Positions 28,944 to 37,653 of a DNA stretch of 64,000 nucleotides are shown in pieces. The translations under genes were made by a program, and so were the position numbers. Under the pieces are notes generated by a model. That model saw nothing but the letters and a program-made list of their open reading frames with translations. It was not told where the DNA came from and ran no database searches. Numbering within the stretch: the first letter of the stretch is position 1; each line of letters starts with the position of its first letter. Source of the DNA: an uncultured Actinomycetes bacterium (GTDB lineage: Bacteria > Actinomycetota > Thermoleophilia > RBG-16-64-13); contig CAWJDT010000005.1 of NCBI GenBank assembly GCA_963841735.1, forward strand, positions 32,001 through 96,000, written 5' to 3'.

Positions 28944-29929
28944 GCTTGTCCCCCCTCCTCGGTGACTCTTATGCATCGACAGAGATGTCCGGGCGCGATC
29001 TCACTCAGTTGGACCTTCTCGACTCTGCATTCATCGATCACCATGGGGCAACGAGGGCTGAAGTAACAGCCGGCAGGCAGGTGCGAGGGATCAGGCGGCA
29101 AACCGGCGATGGGACAAAGCCTCTCTGCGTCGCCGGTCAGCTGAGGGACAGCGCCGAACAATCCCTGCGTGTAAGGATGCGATGGATGGTCAAAGACCGC
29201 TTCTTTGCTGCCGCTCTCGATGATCTGGCCCGCGTATATGACCGCCAGGTCGTCGCAAACCTCAGCCACCACGCCCAGGTTGTGCGAGATCATGATCATC
29301 GAGGTCTTGAGATCCTTCTGTAGCTTGGCGATCATCTCCAACACCTGCGCCTGGATGGTCACGTCCAGGGCGGTCGTCGGCTCGTCCGCAAGTAGCAGTT
29401 CCGGACTGCAGGCCAAAGCCATCGCGATGACCACGCGCTGCTTCATGCCGCCGGAGAATTGGTGAGGGTACTCCTCATAGCGATCTTGTGGGATACCGAC
29501 CAATTCCAGCATCTGCTTGGCCTTCTCGGTAGCCTCTGATTTCGTGAGCTTGTTGTGGAGCTTTATCACTTCCGCGATCTGAGCACCGACCTTCATAATG
29601 GGGTTCAGCGCTGTCATCGGGTCCTGGAAGATCATAGAGACCTTATGCCCGCGGATGCGGCGCATCTCCTTCTCGCTGAGCTTCAACAGGTCTTCCCCGT
29701 CGAGATTGATCTCGCCTCCGGTGATCCTGGCGGGTGGATCGGGCAGTATGCGCAGAATCGCCTTGGCTGTCGAAGTTTTGCCCGCGCCGGTCTCCCCAAC
29801 GAGACCCAGGGCCTTGCCCCGCTCAAGCTCGAACGAGACCCCGTTGACCGCGTGGATGACCTGTCCCTCGGCCGTGTATTCGACCACAAGGTCCTTCACA
29901 GAAAGAAACATATCGGTATTGCTCGTCAT
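28931..29929 (-). CDS. Opp/Dpp-type ABC ATPase (OppD-like), second system
   Basis: [24 protein letters not shown]. Confidence 0.92.
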   Translation of the reverse strand: MTSNTDMFLSVKDLVVEYTAEGQVIHAVNGVSFELERGKALGLVGETGAGKTSTAKAILRILPDPPARITGGEINLDGEDLLKLSEKEMRRIRGHKVSMIFQDPMTALNPIMKVGAQIAEVIKLHNKLTKSEATEKAKQMLELVGIPQDRYEEYPHQFSGGMKQRVVIAMALACSPELLLADEPTTALDVTIQAQVLEMIAKLQKDLKTSMIMISHNLGVVAEVCDDLAVIYAGQIIESGSKEAVFDHPSHPYTQGLFGAVPQLTGDAERLCPIAGLPPDPSHLPAGCYFSPRCPMVIDECRVEKVQLSEIAPGHLCRCIRVTEEGGQACLR

Positions 29930-29943
29930 AGTGTCTCGTATCC

Positions 29944-30831
29944 CTATTTCTTCAGCTTTGGATCAAGGACATCACGCAGGCCGTCACCGAGCATGTTCAG
30001 CGAAAGGACGGAAAGCATGATGAATACGCCCGGGAAGATCACCAACCAAGGCTGCGTGCGGAACGAGGGCAGTCCGCCGGCGATCATCGAACCCCATTCC
30101 GGCAGGGGGGGCTGTAGACCCAGTCCTATGAAGCTGAGCATGGCACACATCATGATCGTATTGCCGATGCTCATGGTCGCCGAGACCAGCAGCGGAGAGA
30201 AGCTGTTGGGAATCACATGCCTAAAGATGATCCGAGGCGTCTTTGCGTTGATGGAGACGGCTGCCTCCAGGTACTCCTGATGGCGGATGCCCAGGATTCC
30301 AGCCCGCATCAGACGGATGCTCATGGGAATGTTCCCCACGGCCAGCGCGATCATGGTGTTGACATAGCCCGGGCCCAGCACAGCAGAAACGCACATCGCC
30401 AGCAGGATGCCGGGAAGCGACTGGAGCACATCGGTCAAGCGCATGACGAGATTGTCCATCCATTTGCCAAAGTATCCGGCTATGGCTCCGAAGACCATGC
30501 CTATCGCCGCCCCCACGGCGACGCCCAGCACCCCGATGCTAAGGGAGTATCGAGCCCCGTAGATGATCCTGCTGAAGATGTCACGGCCCAACTCATCCGT
30601 GCCGAACCAGTAGGACCAGGACGGGCCCTGACGGGCAACGTCTATGTTCACAAGATCAACCGGGTGCCTAAGCAGCAAGGGGGCAAAGATGGCCGCGAGC
30701 GCCAGTACCGCAAACAGGATGCCGCCCGTTAGCGCAGTCGAATCCTTGGCCAGCCGCCTGAGAAGAACGACAGACTGCCTCTGCTTCTTGATCTTCGTAG
30801 CCCCTACTTCTACAACTGCAATGTTAGGCAT
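29944..30831 (-). CDS. ABC permease (OppC-like), second system
   Basis: FGTDELGRD, PEWG, GDGLRDVLDPK. Confidence 0.92.
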   Translation of the reverse strand: MPNIAVVEVGATKIKKQRQSVVLLRRLAKDSTALTGGILFAVLALAAIFAPLLLRHPVDLVNIDVARQGPSWSYWFGTDELGRDIFSRIIYGARYSLSIGVLGVAVGAAIGMVFGAIAGYFGKWMDNLVMRLTDVLQSLPGILLAMCVSAVLGPGYVNTMIALAVGNIPMSIRLMRAGILGIRHQEYLEAAVSINAKTPRIIFRHVIPNSFSPLLVSATMSIGNTIMMCAMLSFIGLGLQPPLPEWGSMIAGGLPSFRTQPWLVIFPGVFIMLSVLSLNMLGDGLRDVLDPKLKK

Positions 30832-31786
30832 GTCGTCTTCTCCACTTCCACTTCTTGCCCGCGAACTGCGCCTTGACCCTGGGGTCGATGAAGGCATACG
30901 TGAGGTCCACAAGCAGCATGATCAACGCCAGGGCAAGTGCCAAGAAGATCACGGAACTCTGGACGACGTTGTAGTCACGGTTGGATATCCCATCTACCAG
31001 GTACGCGCCCACACCCGGAATGCCAAAGATCTTCTCGATCACAACTGTACCGGCGAGCATCATAGCTATCCCGTTGCCCACTATGGTGATTACCGGCAAC
31101 ATAGCATTCGGCAGCGCGTGACGCATGAGTATGCGCATCTCGGACATACCCTTTGCCCGAGCCGTCGTGATGTAGTCGGAACGGATGACGTCCAGCATGC
31201 TGGAGCGCGTCTGTCTAGCCTGAGTGGCGATGCCGGGAAAGGCATTGGCGATGCAGGGCAATATGTAGTAAGTGATCCCCCCTAGACCCAAAGCCGGAAG
31301 CCAGCCCAGCTTCACCGAGAACAAGAGGATCAACATCGAGGCGATCCAGAAGTTGGGCATAGATATGCCGAACATGGCACCGAACATCGACACGCGGTCG
31401 GTCCAGCCGTTCCGCCTCACGGCCGCCATAATCCCAAGGGGAGTGCCCACGAATACCTGCAGTAGGATACAGATACCTGTGATGGTCAACGTGCGCGGGA
31501 AACGTTCCATCAGTTGGTCGGTGACCGGGACCTGCTTGATCCAGGACTTGCCGAAATCAAAATGAAAGACGATGCCTTCCAAATACCTGCCCAGGCGCAC
31601 AACGTAGGCATCGTTCAGGCCCAGCGCCGCTCTCTTGGCTTCGATCATCGCCGGCGTTGCCTCTGGTCCCACCATCAGCCTTGCGGGGTCGCCCGGGATG
31701 AAGTACATGATCGTGAAGATCAGGATCGTGACCCCCAGGACCACCAGGATCGTCCACAGTAGCCTCTTTAGGACATATGTACCCAC
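30824..31786 (-). CDS. ABC permease (OppB-like), second system
   Basis: PGDPA, DYITTARAKG, DPRV. Confidence 0.92.
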   Translation of the reverse strand: MGTYVLKRLLWTILVVLGVTILIFTIMYFIPGDPARLMVGPEATPAMIEAKRAALGLNDAYVVRLGRYLEGIVFHFDFGKSWIKQVPVTDQLMERFPRTLTITGICILLQVFVGTPLGIMAAVRRNGWTDRVSMFGAMFGISMPNFWIASMLILLFSVKLGWLPALGLGGITYYILPCIANAFPGIATQARQTRSSMLDVIRSDYITTARAKGMSEMRILMRHALPNAMLPVITIVGNGIAMMLAGTVVIEKIFGIPGVGAYLVDGISNRDYNVVQSSVIFLALALALIMLLVDLTYAFIDPRVKAQFAGKKWKWRRRHA

Positions 31787-31829
31787 CGCTAGTTGCCTCT
31801 CTGCCTAGCACCAATCTGGCGCTTGTCAT

Positions 31830-31882
31830 GATGCGGCACTGCCATCACCATACGTATCCGCAGGTTCAGGCAGTGCCGCATC
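31830..31882 (-). terminator. 14-bp stem hairpin between binding protein and permease
   Basis: GATGCGGCACTGCC ... GGCAGTGCCGCATC. Confidence 0.6.
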
Positions 31883-31934
31883 TCGCTTACTTACCTATCC
31901 CTGAAATTAGCAGGGTAGAAAAAGCACCGAACTC

Positions 31935-33563
31935 CTACTTGAAGTCGGGGGCGTATTCGCAAGCGCCCGGAATGATCTGGCCTCTCTTGTCGGTGAAGAC
32001 CTTGGTCACGCCGCTCACACTCACGAAGTTGTTCTGCCAGGAGAGCAGTCCCAGAGCGTAAACGTGCTCCCTGTCGTAATTCACGAAGGCATCGAGGTTG
32101 GCCTCAGACTGACCACCCTCCGCACTCGCGGCCGCCAGAAGCGCCTGGAACTCGGCGTCATCGAACCAGTTGGAGGTCGTGCCGTTGTAGCGATCCGCGG
32201 CGTATATGAGTGCCCAGGGGCTGTAGACTTGCTCGCCGCCCGCGCTCTGATCAAGCAACATATCCCACGCGGTGGGGTCATACTTCAGCGTATTGTAGAC
32301 GGCTTGCTCCACCGCGTTGATCTCGACGGTGATCCCGATCTCCTTCAGCTGGGACTGGATGACCTGAGCCATCAGCCCGGTCTTGGGATCGCTCATGCAG
32401 AGCAACCTGGCGGTCATGCCCGTCGTGGCGCCAGAAGCAGCAAACAGTTCCTTGGCCTTCGCCACGTTGACAGGGTAGTAGTCCTCAGAATTCCACTTCT
32501 CCAGATAGCCGTTGAAGTTGTGGTTGCCGATGGTGTGCGCAGTAGCATAGCCATTCTCGCCCGCCGCGGCCTTGCCCAGCGCATCCTTATCTACCGCATA
32601 CGCTACGGCCTGCCGCAATTCCAGATTGGTAAACGGATTCCCCTCAGAACCGTTGAAATTCAAGCACTGAGTCAGGTTGTCAAGCTGCTTCGCAACCGCG
32701 AACTTCGCGTTGCCATCGAAACGAGAAACGTCGGGCCCTGCAACTGACCCAGAAAGATCGACAGCGTCGGTCTCTAGGGCAACCGAGTGCTGAGCCGCCT
32801 CAGTGATGACCTGGAAGACGATCTTGTCGACGTTGGTCACGGCATATGGAGACATCGCGGCCGCGTCGGTCTGCCAGTAGGCAGCGTTCTTCTCGAAGGT
32901 GAGAGTGGAGCCGGGGACGTTCTCGGTCACCACATAAGCACTGGTGGAGATCGGGGTGGTCGCGAACTTGTCCGCGCTGGCTTCATAGGCAACCTGGCTG
33001 ACAATCGGGCACTCGGCGACGATGTCTTCGATGTCCTTGCCGCTTAGCGCCTTCTTGAACTTGAATTCCACTGTATAGTCGCCCGTGGCTGTAACCGTCT
33101 CGACATCCCCCAGCGGACGGAGAGTTCCCGCAGCCATCGCGGTGGTATAGCAGAAGGCGACATCAGCAGCCGTGATCGCGTTACCGGCGCTGTCCTTGAC
33201 GTTGTTGCGGACCGTGACGACCGCGCCCGTGCCATCAGCGCTCTCCTCGAACGATTCGGCGATAACGGGAGCCTCGTCAGAAAACAGGAACTCATACATG
33301 GTATTGAGCACGGCGATCCGGCCCATGCTCATGCCCACGAACGGTCCCAGATCTCCAGGATCAGCGGCGATGGCCACGGTGACCTCAGAGGAGCCTTCCG
33401 TGCTCTCGACAGTGGTGGCGGTGGTGTCACCGGTGCCGGGAACCGTAGTGGCGGGAGTGCCGCCGGTGGTCGTTGTGGTGTCATCGTTGCCGCATCCTGC
33501 CAAGACGGTGACCATCGTGACCATCATGACCAGGATCAGGAGGAACAGCAGATTCCTTTTCAT
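31935..33563 (-). CDS. Family 5 ABC substrate-binding lipoprotein, second system
   Basis: Lipobox LAGC, Thr-rich linker, ITAADVAF, NPFTNLELRQAVAYAVDK. Confidence 0.9.
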   Translation of the reverse strand: MKRNLLFLLILVMMVTMVTVLAGCGNDDTTTTTGGTPATTVPGTGDTTATTVESTEGSSEVTVAIAADPGDLGPFVGMSMGRIAVLNTMYEFLFSDEAPVIAESFEESADGTGAVVTVRNNVKDSAGNAITAADVAFCYTTAMAAGTLRPLGDVETVTATGDYTVEFKFKKALSGKDIEDIVAECPIVSQVAYEASADKFATTPISTSAYVVTENVPGSTLTFEKNAAYWQTDAAAMSPYAVTNVDKIVFQVITEAAQHSVALETDAVDLSGSVAGPDVSRFDGNAKFAVAKQLDNLTQCLNFNGSEGNPFTNLELRQAVAYAVDKDALGKAAAGENGYATAHTIGNHNFNGYLEKWNSEDYYPVNVAKAKELFAASGATTGMTARLLCMSDPKTGLMAQVIQSQLKEIGITVEINAVEQAVYNTLKYDPTAWDMLLDQSAGGEQVYSPWALIYAADRYNGTTSNWFDDAEFQALLAAASAEGGQSEANLDAFVNYDREHVYALGLLSWQNNFVSVSGVTKVFTDKRGQIIPGACEYAPDFK

Positions 33564-33642
33564 TTGTACCCCATCCCTGTGTTGTCTCTTCTTCCACTTC
33601 CTGCTTCTCTTCCGAACCTTCAGCGCTGATCAATCCAGGCTT

Positions 33643-34488
33643 TCACCCCCTTGTCTCGCAACTATCAGGCTGTCGGTCAAAGACGTACCGCACGTCGTAG
33701 CCGATGTGCGTCTCTTTGTAAGTGGAAACCCGCTTGAGCTCGATCTGGTGCATGATGAAGTCCTCGGGCCCGTCGGCGGACAAGGTCATGGGCTCGCCCT
33801 CAACGCCCGACAGGACGCGACGGGCGTTCTCGAGGCATTCCTCCACAACCGAGGCGTCCAGAAGACCCTCCCCATGACCCCAGCAAACATGGTCGAACTC
33901 CTTCCGGTGCACCAGCAGCTTCTCCATGTTCCTGGCGTACTGCTCGACAGTGGGCTGGGGTTCGTCTTGCTGCCAGTAGAGCATCACGAAGGGCGCCACT
34001 TCGTCACCGGTGAACAGGATGCGTTGTCCGCTGTCCAGAAACGCGACGCTACTGGGAGCGTGAGCCGGGATCTCGATGACCTCCAGAGTGCGACCGCCTA
34101 GATCGATCTTGTCGCCATCGGCGACGACCTTGATGGGATAGTCCAACGGGTACACCAGCCGTGCTTTGCTGGGATACGGGATCTGGGCAATCTTGGCCGC
34201 CTCTGCGCTCATGTAGGCGAGATCTAACCACCCGTTGCCGCCGGTATGATCAAAGTGGCCGTGAGTGTTGGCCGCCCACACGACAGGCTTGTCGGTGAGC
34301 GTCTGCGCGAACGCTCGGATGTTCTCCGTCCCGAATCCCGTGTCGATCAGAACGCCCCGCTCATCGCCGACCACAAGATACGATGTGGAGCCGTCGACAC
34401 GGATCAGCCACGTGTTCTGGCAGAGAGGTTCGGCTTTCCACAGGGTGTCCGACACCCCCGGCGTTTCTTTCGTCCCGTCAGAACTCAC
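33643..34488 (-). CDS. Metallo-beta-lactamase fold hydrolase
   Basis: LIDTG, THGHFDHTGG, LFTGD, WGHG. Confidence 0.9.
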   Translation of the reverse strand: MSSDGTKETPGVSDTLWKAEPLCQNTWLIRVDGSTSYLVVGDERGVLIDTGFGTENIRAFAQTLTDKPVVWAANTHGHFDHTGGNGWLDLAYMSAEAAKIAQIPYPSKARLVYPLDYPIKVVADGDKIDLGGRTLEVIEIPAHAPSSVAFLDSGQRILFTGDEVAPFVMLYWQQDEPQPTVEQYARNMEKLLVHRKEFDHVCWGHGEGLLDASVVEECLENARRVLSGVEGEPMTLSADGPEDFIMHQIELKRVSTYKETHIGYDVRYVFDRQPDSCETRG

Positions 34489-34524
34489 TCAATCCCTCCC
34501 ACATGGCCCACCTGTCCGCGCCTA

Positions 34525-34601
34525 CAGAATCGTGATTCGGTTCAACGCCAGAATACTGATTCGGTTACGAGTCTGTCAAGCCCAACCGAACATTAATTCT
34601 G
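34525..34601 (-). promoter_or_regulatory. Sigma70-type promoter (TTGACA-N18-TATTCT) with three CAGAA-N6-TTCGG operator sites
   Basis: Sites at 34525-34540, 34549-34564 and inverted 34586-34601; TTGACA on minus strand at 34574-34579. Confidence 0.7.
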
Positions 34602-34866
34602 TCTGCCTCGGATGGCCAACCTCCCGCGCCCGCCCAAGGTCACAAGAGCGAGCCCGGGAGCCACCGAGCCCAAGAGCGGGCATAGGGCCGATTTGCCGTG
34701 GCGACGATCTCCCGAAGAGAAGTGGGGAAGCACAGAAGTGGAGACGCGGCTCTTCCGACGGAAGTCGGGGACGAGAAGACACTACGAACCGGCGTGGATG
34801 TCCGACGGCAAAGAGTGAGTCGATGGCCACAACCTAAGACTCCCCTTCTCGGAACGGACCGTCTAG

Positions 34867-35526
34867 CTAGTTGGACCCGTTGCCTCGCAGGAAGCTGCCC
34901 AGGGACAACTTGAGTTGTCTGAATATGCCTTCATCCGTGACGCCGAAACGCAGCTCGCTGTCTGGTCCCAAGAAGAATAGCCTGGTGTTCATCACAGTCG
35001 CGCACATGGCGTAGGCCATGGCAACAGCCCCGTCTGGGTCTGGATGACCGATCTCCTCTCGATGACCCGCAAGTACCGCTTCTAGGAAGGCGCCCCTGCG
35101 TTCATGATCGTCCTCTCCGACTTTGCGTCGCATCACCGGGTCGAAGACCGAGAGTACTGTGAAGGCTCGAAGAAGCTCTCGCTCGTTGAGCATGTTATCG
35201 ATCAATATATCGACGCAATGGTCGACGGCTTCCTCCAGAGACTCCTCGACTTGTGCCTCTTCCTCAAGCGCTGCAAGTATGCGCGGCTCCAGTCGCACAT
35301 GCACGCGCTCTTGCACCGCGTGGATGAGTGCGGTCTTGTCTGAAAAGTGGTGGTAGAACGCCCCTACCGACAAGCCGGTGCGATCCAAGACCTTCTGGAT
35401 CGTGAAGAGATCGACCTCCTCCTCGCGCAGCTGGTCTTCGGCGGCTGCCAGAAGTCGCTCCAGCGTCCTTGCACCCGGCGGTCGCTGGGGCGGTTTACGC
35501 GAAGCGGGAGCGTCGATCTTTTCCAT
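34867..35526 (-). CDS. TetR/AcrR family transcriptional regulator
   Basis: RLLAAA...FTIQKVLDRTGLSVGAFYHHFSDKTAL HTH. Confidence 0.92.
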   Translation of the reverse strand: MEKIDAPASRKPPQRPPGARTLERLLAAAEDQLREEEVDLFTIQKVLDRTGLSVGAFYHHFSDKTALIHAVQERVHVRLEPRILAALEEEAQVEESLEEAVDHCVDILIDNMLNERELLRAFTVLSVFDPVMRRKVGEDDHERRGAFLEAVLAGHREEIGHPDPDGAVAMAYAMCATVMNTRLFFLGPDSELRFGVTDEGIFRQLKLSLGSFLRGNGSN

Positions 35527-35533
35527 GTTGCTG

Positions 35534-35572
35534 AGTATACACAGGTTCTTTTGTAGCAGAACCAGAGTTCTG
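35534..35572 (-). promoter_or_regulatory. tetR promoter (-10 TATACT 7 nt before ATG, leaderless-type) with operator CAGAA-N6-TTCTG
   Basis: TATACT on minus strand at 35534-35539; palindrome at 35557-35572. Confidence 0.55.
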
Positions 35573-35633
35573 TCAGCGCTGTCCCACAGCCGGCCCGCGG
35601 GGACCAGGCCCAACTAGCTCTCGTGGCAACCTG

Positions 35634-36995
35634 TCAGTCCTTGATGACGCGCAGGAGTTCAAGCACCTTCTCGCACAGCAGCTCGGCCGAGCCACGAGCA
35701 AAAGGCGAGTTCATGGCTTCGTAGGTGATTCGGTCATACGAACTGAGGTCCGCCATGTACTTGCTGCCACCGTTGACCATCGTCAGGACCATTGTCTGGC
35801 TGAACGGCGACCGCTCTCTAATACTCCTTGCCGTCTCGCAACCAAGCTCCGGACGCAAACCTATCAGCGCGACTTCACCCAGCCTGGCGACCACTACCGG
35901 CTCTTCGCGCTCCTCTGACGGAACAAAAGCATACTGTCTGGTCGGACGAATCGGCGGGGTCTTCATCGTCATCCTCTGGCCCGGACACCTGACCACGCTT
36001 GTCTCAACTGCGATCGGGTCGGCAAGAGTGTGACACTTTGTCCTTTCGGAGATGTGCAGCACCTCTGCCCCCAAGCGGGCCCCAAGCATCTCGGCAACCA
36101 CAAATCCTCGTTCATCGATGTCTTTCACCCGAATGCGTCCGTCTTTGCCCACGTATTGAAACCTGGCTCCTTTCAATGAGGGAGCCTGATCGCCGGCCGC
36201 GCCCATGCAGAACATGGCCGTAACGACGTCACCATATTCTTGCTCCACAAAGCGGGAGGCCGCACCCGCCAGATCGGCGGTGACCAAGCGAGCGCCACCG
36301 GTCGTCGACGGTTGGTCCATAACCGATGGCTGCACACCGTAGCCGAATAGCAGAGCAATCGGATCGCCGGCCAAGGTCTCAAAACGAAGCACCGTCACAG
36401 ACTTGTCCGACGGGCCGGTCTCGTTGCAGCCAAGCCACCAACCGTCTTCCGTCCAAACGTCTCTGTTTACATTCACGTCGCAGAATCCGGTCTCGCAGCC
36501 AAAGCGGGCGTCGACCACTCCCAAGACAGCCCTAGAAGTCGCCCCCTCTACGGCGTCCTTGATTGCCTGGAACAACAGGTGATGCTTATCTTGACCCTCA
36601 GCGGTGTCGCACATGTGCTTGGGCATGACATGCGGCGCCGAAAACGTGTGCGTCACGCAGATCCATACGTTCTCCGGCGGCAGACCTGCCGCTCTACCCA
36701 CGATCTTCTGCAGGGCGGCGACCTGCTCTTGCGGAAGCGCGGTCAGCTCGATCGACACAATCGCCAACTTGTTGTGGCTCCCCACCAGAAGCACGCGAAC
36801 ATGTAGCAGGTCATGCACGCCGCATAGTCCCTCTATTGGGAAGAGCCCAGCCGGCAACTCGATTTCTGCCCGGCCGGCACCGGCACGTAGCACCTGCGCC
36901 TGGGCGGGCACGGGTTCGCAGTGGACAGATCCAAAATCGGAGCAAGAAATCGACATCAGCGTCAGCCTCGTAAGGTGCGACCAGTGTTGAATCAA
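35634..36995 (-). CDS. Neutral/alkaline ceramidase-like hydrolase (copy 2); start uncertain
   Basis: LRAGAGR, HDLLHVR, VTHTFSAPH, NVNRD, GAAGDQAP. Confidence 0.8.
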   Translation of the reverse strand: MIQHWSHLTRLTLMSISCSDFGSVHCEPVPAQAQVLRAGAGRAEIELPAGLFPIEGLCGVHDLLHVRVLLVGSHNKLAIVSIELTALPQEQVAALQKIVGRAAGLPPENVWICVTHTFSAPHVMPKHMCDTAEGQDKHHLLFQAIKDAVEGATSRAVLGVVDARFGCETGFCDVNVNRDVWTEDGWWLGCNETGPSDKSVTVLRFETLAGDPIALLFGYGVQPSVMDQPSTTGGARLVTADLAGAASRFVEQEYGDVVTAMFCMGAAGDQAPSLKGARFQYVGKDGRIRVKDIDERGFVVAEMLGARLGAEVLHISERTKCHTLADPIAVETSVVRCPGQRMTMKTPPIRPTRQYAFVPSEEREEPVVVARLGEVALIGLRPELGCETARSIRERSPFSQTMVLTMVNGGSKYMADLSSYDRITYEAMNSPFARGSAELLCEKVLELLRVIKD

Positions 36996-37217
36996 CCGTC
37001 ATGACCATCAATACTCTTGGCCATTCGCGGGGCGCTTCATCTTGCAGCACACGGTTGCGTCCGTCAAGTTGTGCGTGGCAAGGAAGCACGATTCTCGCTA
37101 ACCTGTCACAGTTGTGCATGTGCATCCACTCTCATCGTGGAGTTCGACCGTCGGCGGGACTGCAGGAAACAGCAGGGGCTCCTTGAGCCGGCGGCAATAT
37201 AGGACACGGAGGACGAG

Positions 37218-37619
37218 TTGAACAACAAAGTTGTGGCCCGGTTTGCCGATGGTCGAACGATCAAGGGCACAACGATAGACTTCGTCCCCGGCAAAGACGT
37301 TATCCACGTGACCGAGGCGAACAGCCCGCCAGATGCCGCGCCCATTGCGATCCGCATGCGGGAATTGAAGGCACTGTTCTTCGTGAAAGATCTGGTGGGT
37401 GACCCGCGCCGCATCAAGATTCGCGAGGCCGGCCCCACTCGACCCGCCGCGGGACGCAGGATCAAAGTGGAATTCAAAGACGGCGAGGTGCTGGTGGGCA
37501 CTACGACCGGTTTCCGGTACGGGCGCCCGGGCTTCTTCCTCGAGCCGTCCGACGACGGCGCGAACGAACAGCGCTGCTATGTGATGGTGGCAGCCACGAA
37601 GGACATCTCCTTCTTGTAA
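37218..37619 (+). CDS. Conserved hypothetical protein (DUF6982-like, tandem Sm-like modules)
   Basis: GGAGG RBS; KVVARFADGRTIKG / IKVEFKDGEVLVG internal repeat; LKALFFVKD. Confidence 0.7.
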   Translation: MNNKVVARFADGRTIKGTTIDFVPGKDVIHVTEANSPPDAAPIAIRMRELKALFFVKDLVGDPRRIKIREAGPTRPAAGRRIKVEFKDGEVLVGTTTGFRYGRPGFFLEPSDDGANEQRCYVMVAATKDISFL

Positions 37620-37653
37620 AGCCCTGGGAGGGCGCGGCGCCGGCAGTAGAGCC

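Noticed and set aside
34612-34818. Possible gene remnant or riboswitch between MBL hydrolase and tetR
   Set aside because: No recognisable protein or RNA family motif
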